64,000 nt of DNA from Lewinellaceae bacterium (GTDB taxonomy: Bacteria > Bacteroidota > Bacteroidia > Chitinophagales > Saprospiraceae), in contig CAVPZP010000045.1 of assembly GCA_963710215.1 (NCBI GenBank), forward strand, positions 25,256 to 89,255, given 5' to 3'. Position numbers and translations under genes: made by a program. Numbering within the stretch: the stretch's first letter is position 1; every line of letters begins with the position of its first letter. This document shows positions 39,260-49,168 of this stretch, one piece after another. A model generated the notes under the pieces. That model was given only the letters and a program-made list of their open reading frames with translations, ran no database searches and was not told the origin of the DNA.

Positions 39260-40231
39260 CTAAAAGTATTTTTCCGGTACCAGGTACTTGGCCACATAGT
39301 TTTCCACCCCATCTTCCAGCGAATAGAGGTCGTAGGGATAGCCGGCGGCCCGCAACTTGTCCATGTCGGCCTCGGTAAAATACTGGTAGTTGTCTCGTAT
39401 ATCGGCCGGAGTGTCGATAAAGGAGATGTCGGCCGGTCGGTTCAGGGCGGAGAAGGTGGCGCGGACCAGATCGAGGAAGGTACGGCTGGTGCCGGTGCCG
39501 CAATTATAAAGGCCGTTTTCCGGTTCGGCCTGCCAGAGCCAGTGCATGATGCGGCAGAGATCCATGACGTAGATAAAATCGCGACTCTGCTCGCCGTCGG
39601 CCACATCGTCGCGGTGGCTGCGGAAGAGTTTCATCTTTCCGGTGGCCTTGATCTGGCGGAAAGCATGGTAGATCACGCTGGCCATGCGCCCCTTGTGGTA
39701 CTCGTTGGGGCCGTAGACGTTGAAAAACTTGAGGCCGTACCAGTGGGGCGGGGCTTCGGTCTGGTGCAGTGCCCAGGCATCGAAGTCGTTTTTAGAGCGG
39801 CCGTAGGCGTTCAGGGGTTTTAGTTTTTCCACCAGCCCGTGGTTGTCGTGGTAGCCCAGTTCGCCACCGCCGTAGGTGGCCGCGCTACTGGCATAGATCA
39901 GGGGGATTTCCCGGTCGGCGCAGCGCTCCCAGATGTCCTGGCTGTAGCGGTAGTTGAGGCGGTCGAACAGTTCAGTGTCGGTTTCGGCGGTATCGGTACG
40001 GGCACCGAGGTGGAAGACGGCCTCGACGGAGATTTTTCGCTGCCGGTCCCACCAGCCGATGAACTTGGTCCGCTCGATCTTTTCGGCAAACTGTTTGCCG
40101 ATGAGGTTGGGGGTTTTGTCCTCGTAGGTGGTAAAGTCGTCCACCAGAATAAGGTCTTCCCGCCCGGCGGCATTGAGCCAGCCGACGAGGCAGCTTCCGA
40201 TGAATCCGGCGGCACCGGTGATGATGAGCAT
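39260..40231 (-). CDS. rfaD: ADP-L-glycero-D-manno-heptose 6-epimerase
   Basis: ITGAAGFIGS, YASSAATYG, PLNAYGRSK, FNVYGPNEYHKGRMAS, YQYFTEAD. Confidence 0.95.
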   Translation of the reverse strand: MLIITGAAGFIGSCLVGWLNAAGREDLILVDDFTTYEDKTPNLIGKQFAEKIERTKFIGWWDRQRKISVEAVFHLGARTDTAETDTELFDRLNYRYSQDIWERCADREIPLIYASSAATYGGGELGYHDNHGLVEKLKPLNAYGRSKNDFDAWALHQTEAPPHWYGLKFFNVYGPNEYHKGRMASVIYHAFRQIKATGKMKLFRSHRDDVADGEQSRDFIYVMDLCRIMHWLWQAEPENGLYNCGTGTSRTFLDLVRATFSALNRPADISFIDTPADIRDNYQYFTEADMDKLRAAGYPYDLYSLEDGVENYVAKYLVPEKYF

Positions 40232-40349
40232 GGGGTAGTTGTTTAGTGGATGGATGGTGTGTTTTGCCTCAGGTGCGGATAAAGCACATCCTTACGGTTA
40301 TTTTGATGAGACGATGATTTCCCTTAATTTTTTTCATCCGTCATTCTTT

Positions 40350-40628
40350 CACATCGAAGGATCGCTTTGCGATCAATAGAAGCAGCGCAGCTAATCCTTG
40401 GTTTCCCCCAGCCCCCCGAAGGGGAAGCGCAAATTTCATTCATCTCGCTCAGTCAATCCTTCACCTAGAAAGATCATTTATGATCGAGAGAAGCAGTGCT
40501 GCTAATCCCTGGTTTCCCCCCCAGCCCCCCGAAGGGGGGAGCGCAAATTTCATTCATCCCGCTTAATCAATCTTTCACCTCGAAAGATCATTTATGATCG
40601 AGAGAAGCAGCGCAGCTAATCCTTGGTT
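40350..40628 (+). repeat. Tandem ~113-bp units: family-3 element plus a CCCCCGAAGGGG REP
   Basis: Units start at 40350, 40462 and 40576; family 3 also at 41841-41883 and 43530-43575. Confidence 0.8.
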
Positions 40629-40715
40629 CCTTCACCTACTACGTAAAGGCGGCGACTGTTGGTCGCCTGGACGCAAGATGTTGCGTCTCTACTTCAATCC
40701 TTCAATCCTTGCACC

Positions 40716-40811
40716 GCGTGAGGTGCCCGCAGGGGCGTTAGCGCACGTAGTGCCGAGGCGAATGCCGAAGCCCGGAGGGGACCGGCCCGGCCGTCAGGCC
40801 GGGACACGCCC
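40716..40811 (-). repeat. Flavo-1-like structured repeat, copy 8
   Basis: GCGTGAGGTGCCC...GCAC-GTA-GTGC...CCCGGCC-GTCA-GGCCGGG ACACGCCC. Confidence 0.8.
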
Positions 40812-40923
40812 AAACTCCTCGAATCAGGACGTAAGGTAAGGCCGGCGGGCGAAAATAACGTGGATAGGAGGCCGGCCGGCCATAGTCCCGTATCTTTGTG
40901 TTCTTAACCGAACGTACCTCCCC

Positions 40924-41757
40924 ATGCTCTCCATCACCCTGATTACCGGCGGCAGCCACGGCATCGGCCTGGCCCTGGCCCGCGAATGTTTGCGCCGCGG
41001 ACACACCGTGGCCATTGCCGCCCTGCCTGACCGCCACCTGGATGCCGCCCTGCAGGAACTGACCGCGCAGGCCGAACCCGCCCGGGTTATCCCCCTGCCG
41101 ATAGATTTTTCCGAGCCGGATTCGGTGGAAGAAATCCGGGCGGAACTGGTAAGGCGCAAAATGCGGGTCCGCTACCTGATCAATAACGTCGGCTTCGGGC
41201 GCGGCGGCCTGTTCGAGCATACGCCGCTGGCCGAGTACCAGGCCATGCTGCGCCTGAACAACGGCGTGCTGGTGGATATGTGCTACGCTTTTTTGGACGA
41301 CCTGAAGGCCGAGCGCGGCGGAATGCTGAACCTGAGCAGTATGGAGGCGACCATGCCGCTGCCCTACAAAACGGTGTATACCGGGACCAAAGCGTTCGTT
41401 TATGCCTTCTCGCTGGCGCTGGCCGAGGAGTTGCGCCCCGGCGGCGTAAGCGTGACCGTACTCTGCCCCGGCCCCGTGCTGACCAACGAAGATGGTCTGA
41501 AACGCGTAAAGGCCCAGGGCGGCCGTGCCAAATTGCTACTGTTTATGCCGGACGATATTGCCCCCGGTGCGATTAAAGGGATGATCGACCGCCGTGCGGT
41601 GATTATTCCCGGCGCGCTGCCGCTTTTCCTGGTCCGTCTGGCATCGGTGGTCCCTCGCCGCTACCGGATGCGCATTCTGGAAAAACTCTTTCGCAAGTAC
41701 CGCGATGAGCCGGCACGCGGAGAGAAAGATGCCGTGGAGCCGCGTACGCTGGTGTGA
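40924..41757 (+). CDS. Short-chain dehydrogenase/reductase
   Basis: TGGSHGIG, INNVGFG, YTGTK (YxxxK), CPGPV. Confidence 0.92.
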   Translation: MLSITLITGGSHGIGLALARECLRRGHTVAIAALPDRHLDAALQELTAQAEPARVIPLPIDFSEPDSVEEIRAELVRRKMRVRYLINNVGFGRGGLFEHTPLAEYQAMLRLNNGVLVDMCYAFLDDLKAERGGMLNLSSMEATMPLPYKTVYTGTKAFVYAFSLALAEELRPGGVSVTVLCPGPVLTNEDGLKRVKAQGGRAKLLLFMPDDIAPGAIKGMIDRRAVIIPGALPLFLVRLASVVPRRYRMRILEKLFRKYRDEPARGEKDAVEPRTLV

Positions 41758-41887
41758 GCTGAATGGCTGTTCGCCATTCGGAGACACAAGGTCTTGTCTA
41801 TTTGCGATATAATCGACGCCTTAACTATTTTGTCATTCCGCTCGAAAGATCATTTACGATCGAGAGAAGCAGCGCAGCTAATCATTG

Positions 41888-42799
41888 ATGACCCGCCTCG
41901 CCCCCACCCCATCCGGCCTGCTGCATGCGGGCAACGCCTTGTCGTTCGTGCTCACTTGGGCACTGGCGCGGGCGGGTGGTGGGCGCGTGCTGCTGCGGAT
42001 CGATGACCTGGATGCGGCCCGTGTACGACCGGAATACCTAGCCAATATTTTTGCCACCATCGACTGGCTGGGAATTGATTACGATCTGGGACCCCGGGAT
42101 ATGAGGGACTATCACGCCAATTGGTCGCGTGACCGGCGGATGCCCCACTATACCGATCTGCTGAACCGGCTGACCGGAACCGGGCGGGTCTATGCTTGTA
42201 CCTGTTCGCGGCGGGAGTTGGACGAGCGACGGGCGGCCGGTTTGCGGGAAGACGACCTGTACGTTTGCCGCAACCGCAATTTGCCGCTGGAAACCGCCGG
42301 TGCCGCCTGGAGAATCAGGGTGCCGGAGGGAACAAGGATCAGTATTTCGACCGAACTCAAGTTAGCCGGAGTGACCGGCTCCCCTCCTGAGTCAATCGAC
42401 CTGACGCAGGAAATGGGTGATTTTATCGTCCGCCGTCAGGACGGAGTTCCGGCTTACCAAGCGGCTTCGCTGGCCGAAGATTTGCACCACGGGATGGACC
42501 TGATCGTGAGGGGCGCGGACCTATTGCCCTCTACGGCCGCACAGCGTTATTTGGCGGGGTTGCTCGATGATTTTGGGGCATCATTTTTGGCGGCACGGAC
42601 GGTCCACCATCCACTGATACTGGCGGATAGCGGGGAAAAGCTGTCCAAGTCGGCGGAAGCGGCGGCGGTGCTGCATACCGAGCGCGCGGATATTTTCCGG
42701 CAAGTGAGCGAGTGGCTGGGAACGAGTAAAGCCACGAATGCCGAGCAGTTGCTGGAAGCGATAGCAGCGAATCCGCCGACGGCCCTTAACACACCTTAA
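41888..42799 (+). CDS. gluQ: Glutamyl-Q tRNA(Asp) synthetase-like protein
   Basis: RLAPTPSGLLHAGN, LRIDDLD, YACTCSR, IVRGADL, KLSKS; lacks anticodon-binding domain. Confidence 0.75.
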   Translation: MTRLAPTPSGLLHAGNALSFVLTWALARAGGGRVLLRIDDLDAARVRPEYLANIFATIDWLGIDYDLGPRDMRDYHANWSRDRRMPHYTDLLNRLTGTGRVYACTCSRRELDERRAAGLREDDLYVCRNRNLPLETAGAAWRIRVPEGTRISISTELKLAGVTGSPPESIDLTQEMGDFIVRRQDGVPAYQAASLAEDLHHGMDLIVRGADLLPSTAAQRYLAGLLDDFGASFLAARTVHHPLILADSGEKLSKSAEAAAVLHTERADIFRQVSEWLGTSKATNAEQLLEAIAANPPTALNTP

Positions 42800-42874
42800 G
42801 AATACTTTACCAGTCCCAACATAATCATTGGGAGGTAAAAGTCATTTATCTGACAAACCAAAAATTCCCGTCAG

Positions 42875-43519
42875 ATGAAAATCCATTTCGTTTTTCCCCT
42901 CTTACTGCTTCTGTTCGCTACCGTCGGGTTACAGGCCCAGGTTCAATTCGGCCTCAAGGCGGGGCTTTCCACCGAGCAACTGGCCGGCCAAAGCCTCACC
43001 TTTAGTGCTGATGGATTCAACGACCTGACGCTGGCCATGAAAGAAGCCAATTACGGTATTCAGGCCGGTCTGTTCCTTCGGGTCCCGCTGAGCAAGTCGG
43101 TTTTCCTGCAACCGGAACTCCTGTTTAACAGCAACAGCAATACCCTGGAACTGGACGACCCCAACCAGGACGAGGTAGCTGTCATCAAGGACAACTACCA
43201 GCACCTGAACGTGCCCCTGCTGCTCGGCGTAAAACTCGGCCCCCTGCGTGCGCAGGCCGGTCCCACCGGAAATTTCTTCCTCCACAGTGCCAATGACCTG
43301 ACCGACCGCGACGGCTGGGATGCTACTTTTGATTCCTTCAACCTCGGCTACCAGGTGGGCGGTTCCGTTGATATCTGGCGCTTCACGGTGGATGCCCGCT
43401 ACGATGGTAATTTCGGGGGCGATGATGCTACCTTTACCTTCGCCGGTCAGGACCTGGCGCTGGACCGGACGCCGAGCCGGTGGATCTTTACGTTGGGCTA
43501 CCGGTTTGGGGGGAAGTAG
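42875..43519 (+). CDS. Small outer-membrane beta-barrel (porin family) protein
   Basis: Signal peptide, QFGLKAGL, LQPELLF, LNVPLLLG, C-terminal TLGYRF. Confidence 0.85.
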   Translation: MKIHFVFPLLLLLFATVGLQAQVQFGLKAGLSTEQLAGQSLTFSADGFNDLTLAMKEANYGIQAGLFLRVPLSKSVFLQPELLFNSNSNTLELDDPNQDEVAVIKDNYQHLNVPLLLGVKLGPLRAQAGPTGNFFLHSANDLTDRDGWDATFDSFNLGYQVGGSVDIWRFTVDARYDGNFGGDDATFTFAGQDLALDRTPSRWIFTLGYRFGGK

Positions 43520-43668
43520 CCAATGAGTGACCTCGAAAACGGCTCTGCCGGATTTAGAAGCAGCGTAGCTAATCCTTCAATTCTTCAATTCTTCAATCCT
43601 TTCAGGCGGCGAAGCCGCCCGAAAACAGTAATCCCCAGCCCTCTTACGAGGGCCGGGGATTCATCTTG

Positions 43669-43741
43669 AGCGGATGACAAGATTCGAACCTGCGACCTCA
43701 ACCTTGGCAAGGTTGCGCTCTACCAACTGAGCTACATCCGC
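43669..43741 (-). tRNA. tRNA-Gly(GCC), CCA not encoded
   Basis: GCGGATGTAGCTCAGTTGGTAGAGCGCAACCTT-GCC-AAGGTTGAGGTCGCAGGTTCGAATCTTGTCATCCGCT. Confidence 0.95.
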
Positions 43742-43784
43742 GTCTGCTGGCTGCTCAGCCATATGCCTTATTGCTAAAGCGATG

Positions 43785-43816
43785 CAAATATACGGCAATG
43801 CGCCGTGCCCCTGCAA
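43785..43816 (-). promoter_or_regulatory. Bacteroidota promoter for tRNA-Gly
   Basis: TTG-N21-TATATTTG on the minus strand. Confidence 0.65.
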
Positions 43817-43928
43817 GTATTGTAAGAGAAAAAGTGCGCCCGGAGTTCCCCGGTGGTGATAATTTATTGAGGGGCAAGCCGAAGCGCTCGAGAAAAAAAT
43901 TGTGCCGCCGCCGCCGTATCATTGCGGC

Positions 43929-45431
43929 ATGAGCCGAACGGCCCCTTTTACCACCCTTACTTCCCGCCTGAACGGTGCGGCCTTGCTATTGAGTGGGGGC
44001 GTGGCGGCCCTGTGGATATTTAATTGGTGGTGCGGTCGCTCCCTGTTTCTGGACGAGGCCAATCTGGCGCGTAATCTTTTTGAACGATCCGGGGGGCAAC
44101 TGCTACGGCCACTGAGTTTTGAGCAGTATGCCCCGCCCCTGTGGTTGCTGGCTACCGATGGGCTGTCCTATTTATTCGGGTTTGACGAGCGGGTATTGCG
44201 CCTGCCGGCCCTGCTGAGCGGTCTGGCTATCCTGGTTCTGGGATGGTGGTTGCCCGGGCGGTGGTTCGGGGCGGTGGGGGGCGGGTCGGACACCGGCGTT
44301 GCGTATAGCCGACTACTGTGGCCGGCACTGGCGGGCAGTTCGTTGTTTTGCCTCCAGTATTTTACGGAGTGTAAGCCCTATGGCACCGATTTGCTGGTGG
44401 CAGCCGGACTAATGTATGCCGCCCTCTCGCCGCGAGCGAAGGGAGTAAGCAGCGGCTGGGTGATGGGTTGGGCAGCGGCGGGAGTACTAACACCATGGTT
44501 TTCGCTGCCCGCCGTGTTCGGCTTGGCGGCTACCGGCCTTTATTTGTGGTACGGTTCGGGGCGGGCGGGGCGGTGGGTTTGGCCGGCGGTGTTTGTGATC
44601 TGGGGAATCAGTTTCGTACTGCTTTATCTGGGTCTGCTCCGCGATGCGGTGGGCATTAGTGCACTGCAAAATTTTCATCGCGAGTATTTTTTTCCGGTCG
44701 ATTTTTGGCGGGCCGGGGCGTGGGTGCAGGCGGGTGGGCTGCTGATTCATATATTTCGGGCGGCGGTGGGGCATACGGTGTGGGCACTGGTCTGGAGCGG
44801 GCTGCTGTTGCTGACGGGCGCGATTGCTTTGCTGCAACGCCGACCCATACTCCTTTGGTTGGCGCTAGGTTCGTTGGTTGCGGCCGTAGCGGTATCGGCG
44901 GCCGGTAAATACAGTTTGATCGTGCGCCTGTGTCTGTTTGCTTTGCCGGGTTTATGGATGCTGGTAATTTACGGCACCTCATTAGCGGCGGCGCGGCGGC
45001 CGAAATTAAGTCGCCCGATCCTGCTGGTCGGCTGGATCATCAGCGTGGCGGGGGCGAATATCTATCAACACACCTACCGCCCACTGGAAACGGACCAGGT
45101 GCGACGCATACTGGCCGAACGAGCGTACCCCGACTCGCCGGTCTTCGCGGATGGCGGGGCCGCCGGCCCGGTGGTTTATTATGCTACGATTCACCCCCGA
45201 ACATCGCAGGGGAGCGGGTATCCGCTATTCGAGGACGTACGCGATGGGACCCTGGCCGATTTCCTGGAACTACATAAGGAGTCACCCCGCCTGACACTGA
45301 TTTTTAGCCTCATCACTACACAGCGGCACTATGAGCAAGTAGAGCGGGCCGTCGGTCAACTGGAGCGAGCCGGTTACCGAATACGGCGGGTGGATTATTA
45401 CCGGGGCGTGCGGCTGGAGGTGGAGCGGTAG
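43929..45431 (+). CDS. GT-C fold (PMT/ArnT-like) membrane glycosyltransferase
   Basis: RSLFLDEA after TM1, QYAPPLW, ERVLRLP, ECKPY; roughly 11 TM segments. Confidence 0.7.
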   Translation: MSRTAPFTTLTSRLNGAALLLSGGVAALWIFNWWCGRSLFLDEANLARNLFERSGGQLLRPLSFEQYAPPLWLLATDGLSYLFGFDERVLRLPALLSGLAILVLGWWLPGRWFGAVGGGSDTGVAYSRLLWPALAGSSLFCLQYFTECKPYGTDLLVAAGLMYAALSPRAKGVSSGWVMGWAAAGVLTPWFSLPAVFGLAATGLYLWYGSGRAGRWVWPAVFVIWGISFVLLYLGLLRDAVGISALQNFHREYFFPVDFWRAGAWVQAGGLLIHIFRAAVGHTVWALVWSGLLLLTGAIALLQRRPILLWLALGSLVAAVAVSAAGKYSLIVRLCLFALPGLWMLVIYGTSLAAARRPKLSRPILLVGWIISVAGANIYQHTYRPLETDQVRRILAERAYPDSPVFADGGAAGPVVYYATIHPRTSQGSGYPLFEDVRDGTLADFLELHKESPRLTLIFSLITTQRHYEQVERAVGQLERAGYRIRRVDYYRGVRLEVER

Positions 45432-45444
45432 TCCTTTAGATTAT

Positions 45445-45569
45445 GGGCGTGTCCCCGTCCCTCCGCTACGCTGTGGGGCGGGGCCGGTCCCTTCCCCGCT
45501 CGCTATCGCTCGGCCCTGCGGGCTGCCCCCCCGCTAATGCGGGATCGGCCCGGTCCAGGCACCTCACGC
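45445..45569 (+). repeat. Flavo-1-like structured repeat, copy 9
   Basis: GGGCGTGTCCCC...CCGGTCCC...GCCC-TGC-GGGC...AGGCACCTCACGC. Confidence 0.8.
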
Positions 45570-46008
45570 AAAAAAGTTTCCCCCGAGGTTTCGGCTTAAA
45601 ACAGGAACCCGAGCTTAATATTCAGCGGCAGGGAAAAGGTAGTCGTTTTACCCTTCTGATTGATGTAGGAATCGTAAGTGATGTCAGACGGCTCGAAGGT
45701 CAAACGAGTGGGTGGAAATCTGTATTTTTTTGATGGATTATTAGTTGGAGACACTGACTCCGCCGACCGGAGGTCGGGCAGCCAAACCCGCGAGACCGGA
45801 GGTCACGCACCAAATTTGCCGACCGGAGGTCACGGACTAAATTTGCCGACCGGGGGCAGGCCCGAATAAGACCACTCAAACACCTCAATGTACTCCGGCA
45901 ACGGGATGAGATCATTAACATTTGCGGCAGGGCCGATTTCCCGAACCCCGCCCGCAAACCGCTGTTACACAAGAGCAACCAATTTGCCAAACCAACCAAT
46001 TTTAAGCT

Positions 46009-46953
46009 ATGCTAAACCGAAATTTCCTGTCCGCTTTCCTGGGTGCCCTCCTATTTATGGGCCTGACGGTGAGCTGTGACGTCACCAAAACGTCGTCCCG
46101 CGATAATAGCAGCATCGGCGGTAGTACCGACTCGATGGAGATGCCACGCTCTTCTTCCGCCACGACGGACGCTGCCCGGACGAATGACATGGACCGTACC
46201 CGCACCCCCCGCGTGGCGGATGCCGACCGCGCTGACAATACGGGCCGGACCGCCCGCACGACGGACAGCGAAATAGAACGCACTAACCGTGCCGCGACAG
46301 ACGTGACGGCGGCCGAACGTGCTGAGATGAACCAAGCCAGAATGGATGCCAAAGCCGATCGGAACCGCGCCGAAATGGACGCCAAAACAGACATGGACCG
46401 CACCAAAATGGACGCCAAAACAGACATGGATAACGGCATGGACCGCGCCGAGACCAACATGAAAATGGACCTGCCCTGCGGCGAGATGTACCGGACGATG
46501 TCGGTGAAGGAGGACCTGCCCAGCCCCCGCCGCAAGATGCAGGCCGAACTGGCCGGCAGTAAAGTAATGGTCGACTACGGCAGCCCGCGCATGAATAAGC
46601 GTGAACTGTACGGAAAACTCGTTCCTTACGGTCAAGTGTGGCGATCGGGTGCTAATAAAGCCACTACCGTGACCTTTGATAAGGACGTGCTGGTGGAAGG
46701 CAAAATGCTGAAAGCCGGTACTTATGCGCTGTTTACCATCCCCGAGCAAGACGAGTGGACGGTCATATTTAGCAAGACCGCCGAGCAGTGGGGTGCCTAT
46801 AAGTACGATATGAAGGACGATGCCCTGCGCGTGAAAGTGAAGCCCCGCGCCGCCGCGAAGTCTACCGAGCAACTCTACTACGGTGCCGCCAAAGACGAGT
46901 TGAACCTGAACTGGGGCGATAAGGTGGTGCCGATCAAGGTAACCAAGGCATAG
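46009..46953 (+). CDS. DUF2911 domain lipoprotein with repetitive disordered N-terminus
   Basis: Lipobox LTVSC; LPSP...VDYGSP...LVPYGQVWRSGANKAT...GTYALFTIP. Confidence 0.85.
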   Translation: MLNRNFLSAFLGALLFMGLTVSCDVTKTSSRDNSSIGGSTDSMEMPRSSSATTDAARTNDMDRTRTPRVADADRADNTGRTARTTDSEIERTNRAATDVTAAERAEMNQARMDAKADRNRAEMDAKTDMDRTKMDAKTDMDNGMDRAETNMKMDLPCGEMYRTMSVKEDLPSPRRKMQAELAGSKVMVDYGSPRMNKRELYGKLVPYGQVWRSGANKATTVTFDKDVLVEGKMLKAGTYALFTIPEQDEWTVIFSKTAEQWGAYKYDMKDDALRVKVKPRAAAKSTEQLYYGAAKDELNLNWGDKVVPIKVTKA

Positions 46954-47015
46954 AACGGGATTTTTGTCCGATGCGGTAGAATTACCCGCCGCCTGCCGAC
47001 AGGTAACCTGTCCCT

Positions 47016-47056
47016 ACGCCCCCCGCTGCCTCCGGCAGGCGGGGGGCGTTTTGTTT
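47016..47056 (+). terminator. Intrinsic terminator
   Basis: ACGCCCCCCGC...GCGGGGGGCGT followed by TTTGTTT. Confidence 0.75.
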
Positions 47057-47164
47057 GGGACGAATCGGGTAGCCGATTTGGGAATTACCGCGATCATCGT
47101 AAATTGGGGCTTGTGCTGCCTTTGATTTCGCCGTTTTCTCAATAGTACCGCCATCGAATACTCC

Positions 47165-47788
47165 GTGTTTACCGAAAACCTTGCCTTTGCCTACCCCGGC
47201 GCGGGCGAGCTGCGCTTTCCCGATATTGCCTGCCCGCCGGGGAGCGAACTGCTGGTGCTGGGGCAGTCGGGTAGTGGAAAGACCACGCTACTGCAATTGC
47301 TGGCGGGGCTACGGACGGCCGGTTCCGGCACCGTGCGGCTAGCCGGAACGGAGCTGGCGGCCCTGAGCGGTGCGCAGCGCGACCGCTACCGGGGGCGGCA
47401 CGTGGGGATCGTGTTTCAGCAGGCTCATTTTTTGCGATCGTTACGGGTGGATGAAAACCTGGCCCTGGCCCGTACGCTGGCCGGCCTGCCGGCGGATGCC
47501 GGCCTAATCACCGCGCTGCTGGAACGACTGGGGCTGGCCCACAAGCAGCGGTCGCGCACCACCGCCCTGAGCGTGGGCGAGCAGCAGCGGGTGGCCATTG
47601 CCCGTGCACTGGTCTGCGGGCCGGAACTGATCCTGGCGGACGAGCCGACCTCCGCCCTGGACGACCGCAACGCCGCCGCCGTGGTGACGCTGCTACGCGA
47701 ACAGGCCGCCGCCGCCGGAGCCACCCTCCTTATTGTCACCCACGATCAGCGCCTGAAGGACGCCTTCGCCAACCGTATCGAGCTATGA
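47165..47788 (+). CDS. ABC transporter ATP-binding protein (LolD/MacB type)
   Basis: GQSGSGKT, LSVGEQQRVAIARAL, LADEPT, VTHD. Confidence 0.92.
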   Translation: MFTENLAFAYPGAGELRFPDIACPPGSELLVLGQSGSGKTTLLQLLAGLRTAGSGTVRLAGTELAALSGAQRDRYRGRHVGIVFQQAHFLRSLRVDENLALARTLAGLPADAGLITALLERLGLAHKQRSRTTALSVGEQQRVAIARALVCGPELILADEPTSALDDRNAAAVVTLLREQAAAAGATLLIVTHDQRLKDAFANRIEL

Positions 47789-49164
47789 ATGTCCTGACCC
47801 TCGCCTGGCGCAACCTGCTGGACCGCCCCCTGCGCAGCCTGCTCAGCCTGCTCCTTTTTGCCCTCGGCACGGGGCTGGTGGCCTTTTTGCTATTGTTCCA
47901 GGACCAACTGGATGAACAATTCGAGGCCAATCTGGCGGGTATCGACCTGGTGATCGGGGCCAAGGGCAGCCCGTTGCAACTGGTACTGAGTACGATGTAC
48001 TACGTGGACGCACCCACCGGCAACGTGCAGATCGGTAAGGTGAAACCCTTCCTGAATCCCGCCCACCCACTGATTGCGACGGCCGTGCCGCTCTCCATCG
48101 GCGATAGCTACCGCAACCACCGGATCGTGGGAACGACGGAAGAATTTCTGGGTCTCTACGGAGCCGAACTGAGCGAGGGCAACTGGCCGGAAGATAACTT
48201 TGAGGTGGTGGTGGGGTCGCTGGCGGCCCGGGATACGAAGTTAAAACCGGGCGATACCTTCGAGACCGCCCACGGACTGGACGAAGAGATCGGGGCCGAG
48301 CACGAGGGCGTGCCCCCGCTACGCGTGGTGGGCCTGCTGGCCCCTACCGGCACCGTGGCCGATCAACTGCTGCTGACTACGCCCGCCACCTACTGGCTGT
48401 CGCACGGCGACCACTCCCCCACCCCGCCGGCTGAGGCCGATGACGAGGAAGAACCGGCCGCAATAGAGGAGGACCACGAACACGCCGAAAGCGAGGAACA
48501 CGAGCACGGTGCGAACGACGCCCCGTCCGGACACGAGGATCACAACCATGCCGGTGAGCACGCCCACGCCGCCCCGGTCTACCGCACCGCCGCCGAGCTG
48601 GCGGCCGCCGCGCCGGAGCAGGAGATCACCGCCCTGCTGCTGAAGTTCAAGGGCCGCAACTACCAGGCCCTGAATATGGGCCGGTCCATCAACGAAAACA
48701 CCGACCTCCAGGCGGCCACCCCGGCCATCGAGACCACCCGCATATTTCAGCTCTTCGATCAGAGCGAACGCGCCCTGCGCCTGCTGGCCCTGATCATCAT
48801 GATCGTTTCGGCCCTGAGCGTATTCATCTCCCTCTACAGTTCCCTGCGCGACCGCCGTTACGAGTTGGCCCTGCTGCGGGTAATGGGCGCGTCGCGCCCG
48901 CGCCTGTTCGGCCTCATTACCTTCGAGGGTGTCTTGCTGGCACTGGTAGGTTGCGTGGCGGGTATTTTGCTGGCGCACGGCGCGTTGTGGCTGCTGGCCA
49001 ATAATTTGCGCGAGGCCTACCGCTATGAGTTTTCGGCCGTTCACTTTTTGCCGGGCGAGGCGGTGCTGCTGGGGGCGTCGTTGCTGATCGGGTTGGTGGC
49101 GGCGTTGTTGCCGGCCGCGCAGGCGGCGCGGGCGGACGTGGGGACACTTTTAGGCAAGGAATGA
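47785..49164 (+). CDS. FtsX/MacB-type ABC permease with His/Glu-rich insertion
   Basis: DLVIGAKGSPLQL; RRYELALLRVMGA; EEDHEHAESEEHEH...HEDHNHAGEHAH. Confidence 0.88.
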   Translation: MNVLTLAWRNLLDRPLRSLLSLLLFALGTGLVAFLLLFQDQLDEQFEANLAGIDLVIGAKGSPLQLVLSTMYYVDAPTGNVQIGKVKPFLNPAHPLIATAVPLSIGDSYRNHRIVGTTEEFLGLYGAELSEGNWPEDNFEVVVGSLAARDTKLKPGDTFETAHGLDEEIGAEHEGVPPLRVVGLLAPTGTVADQLLLTTPATYWLSHGDHSPTPPAEADDEEEPAAIEEDHEHAESEEHEHGANDAPSGHEDHNHAGEHAHAAPVYRTAAELAAAAPEQEITALLLKFKGRNYQALNMGRSINENTDLQAATPAIETTRIFQLFDQSERALRLLALIIMIVSALSVFISLYSSLRDRRYELALLRVMGASRPRLFGLITFEGVLLALVGCVAGILLAHGALWLLANNLREAYRYEFSAVHFLPGEAVLLGASLLIGLVAALLPAAQAARADVGTLLGKE

Positions 49165-49168
49165 TCAG

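Noticed and set aside
40350-40628. Possible CRISPR array with ~113-bp period
   Set aside because: The whole unit is duplicated, with no unique spacers
43669-45431. tRNA-anchored genomic island at tRNA-Gly or tRNA-Arg
   Set aside because: No integrase and no duplicated tRNA 3' end found in the window
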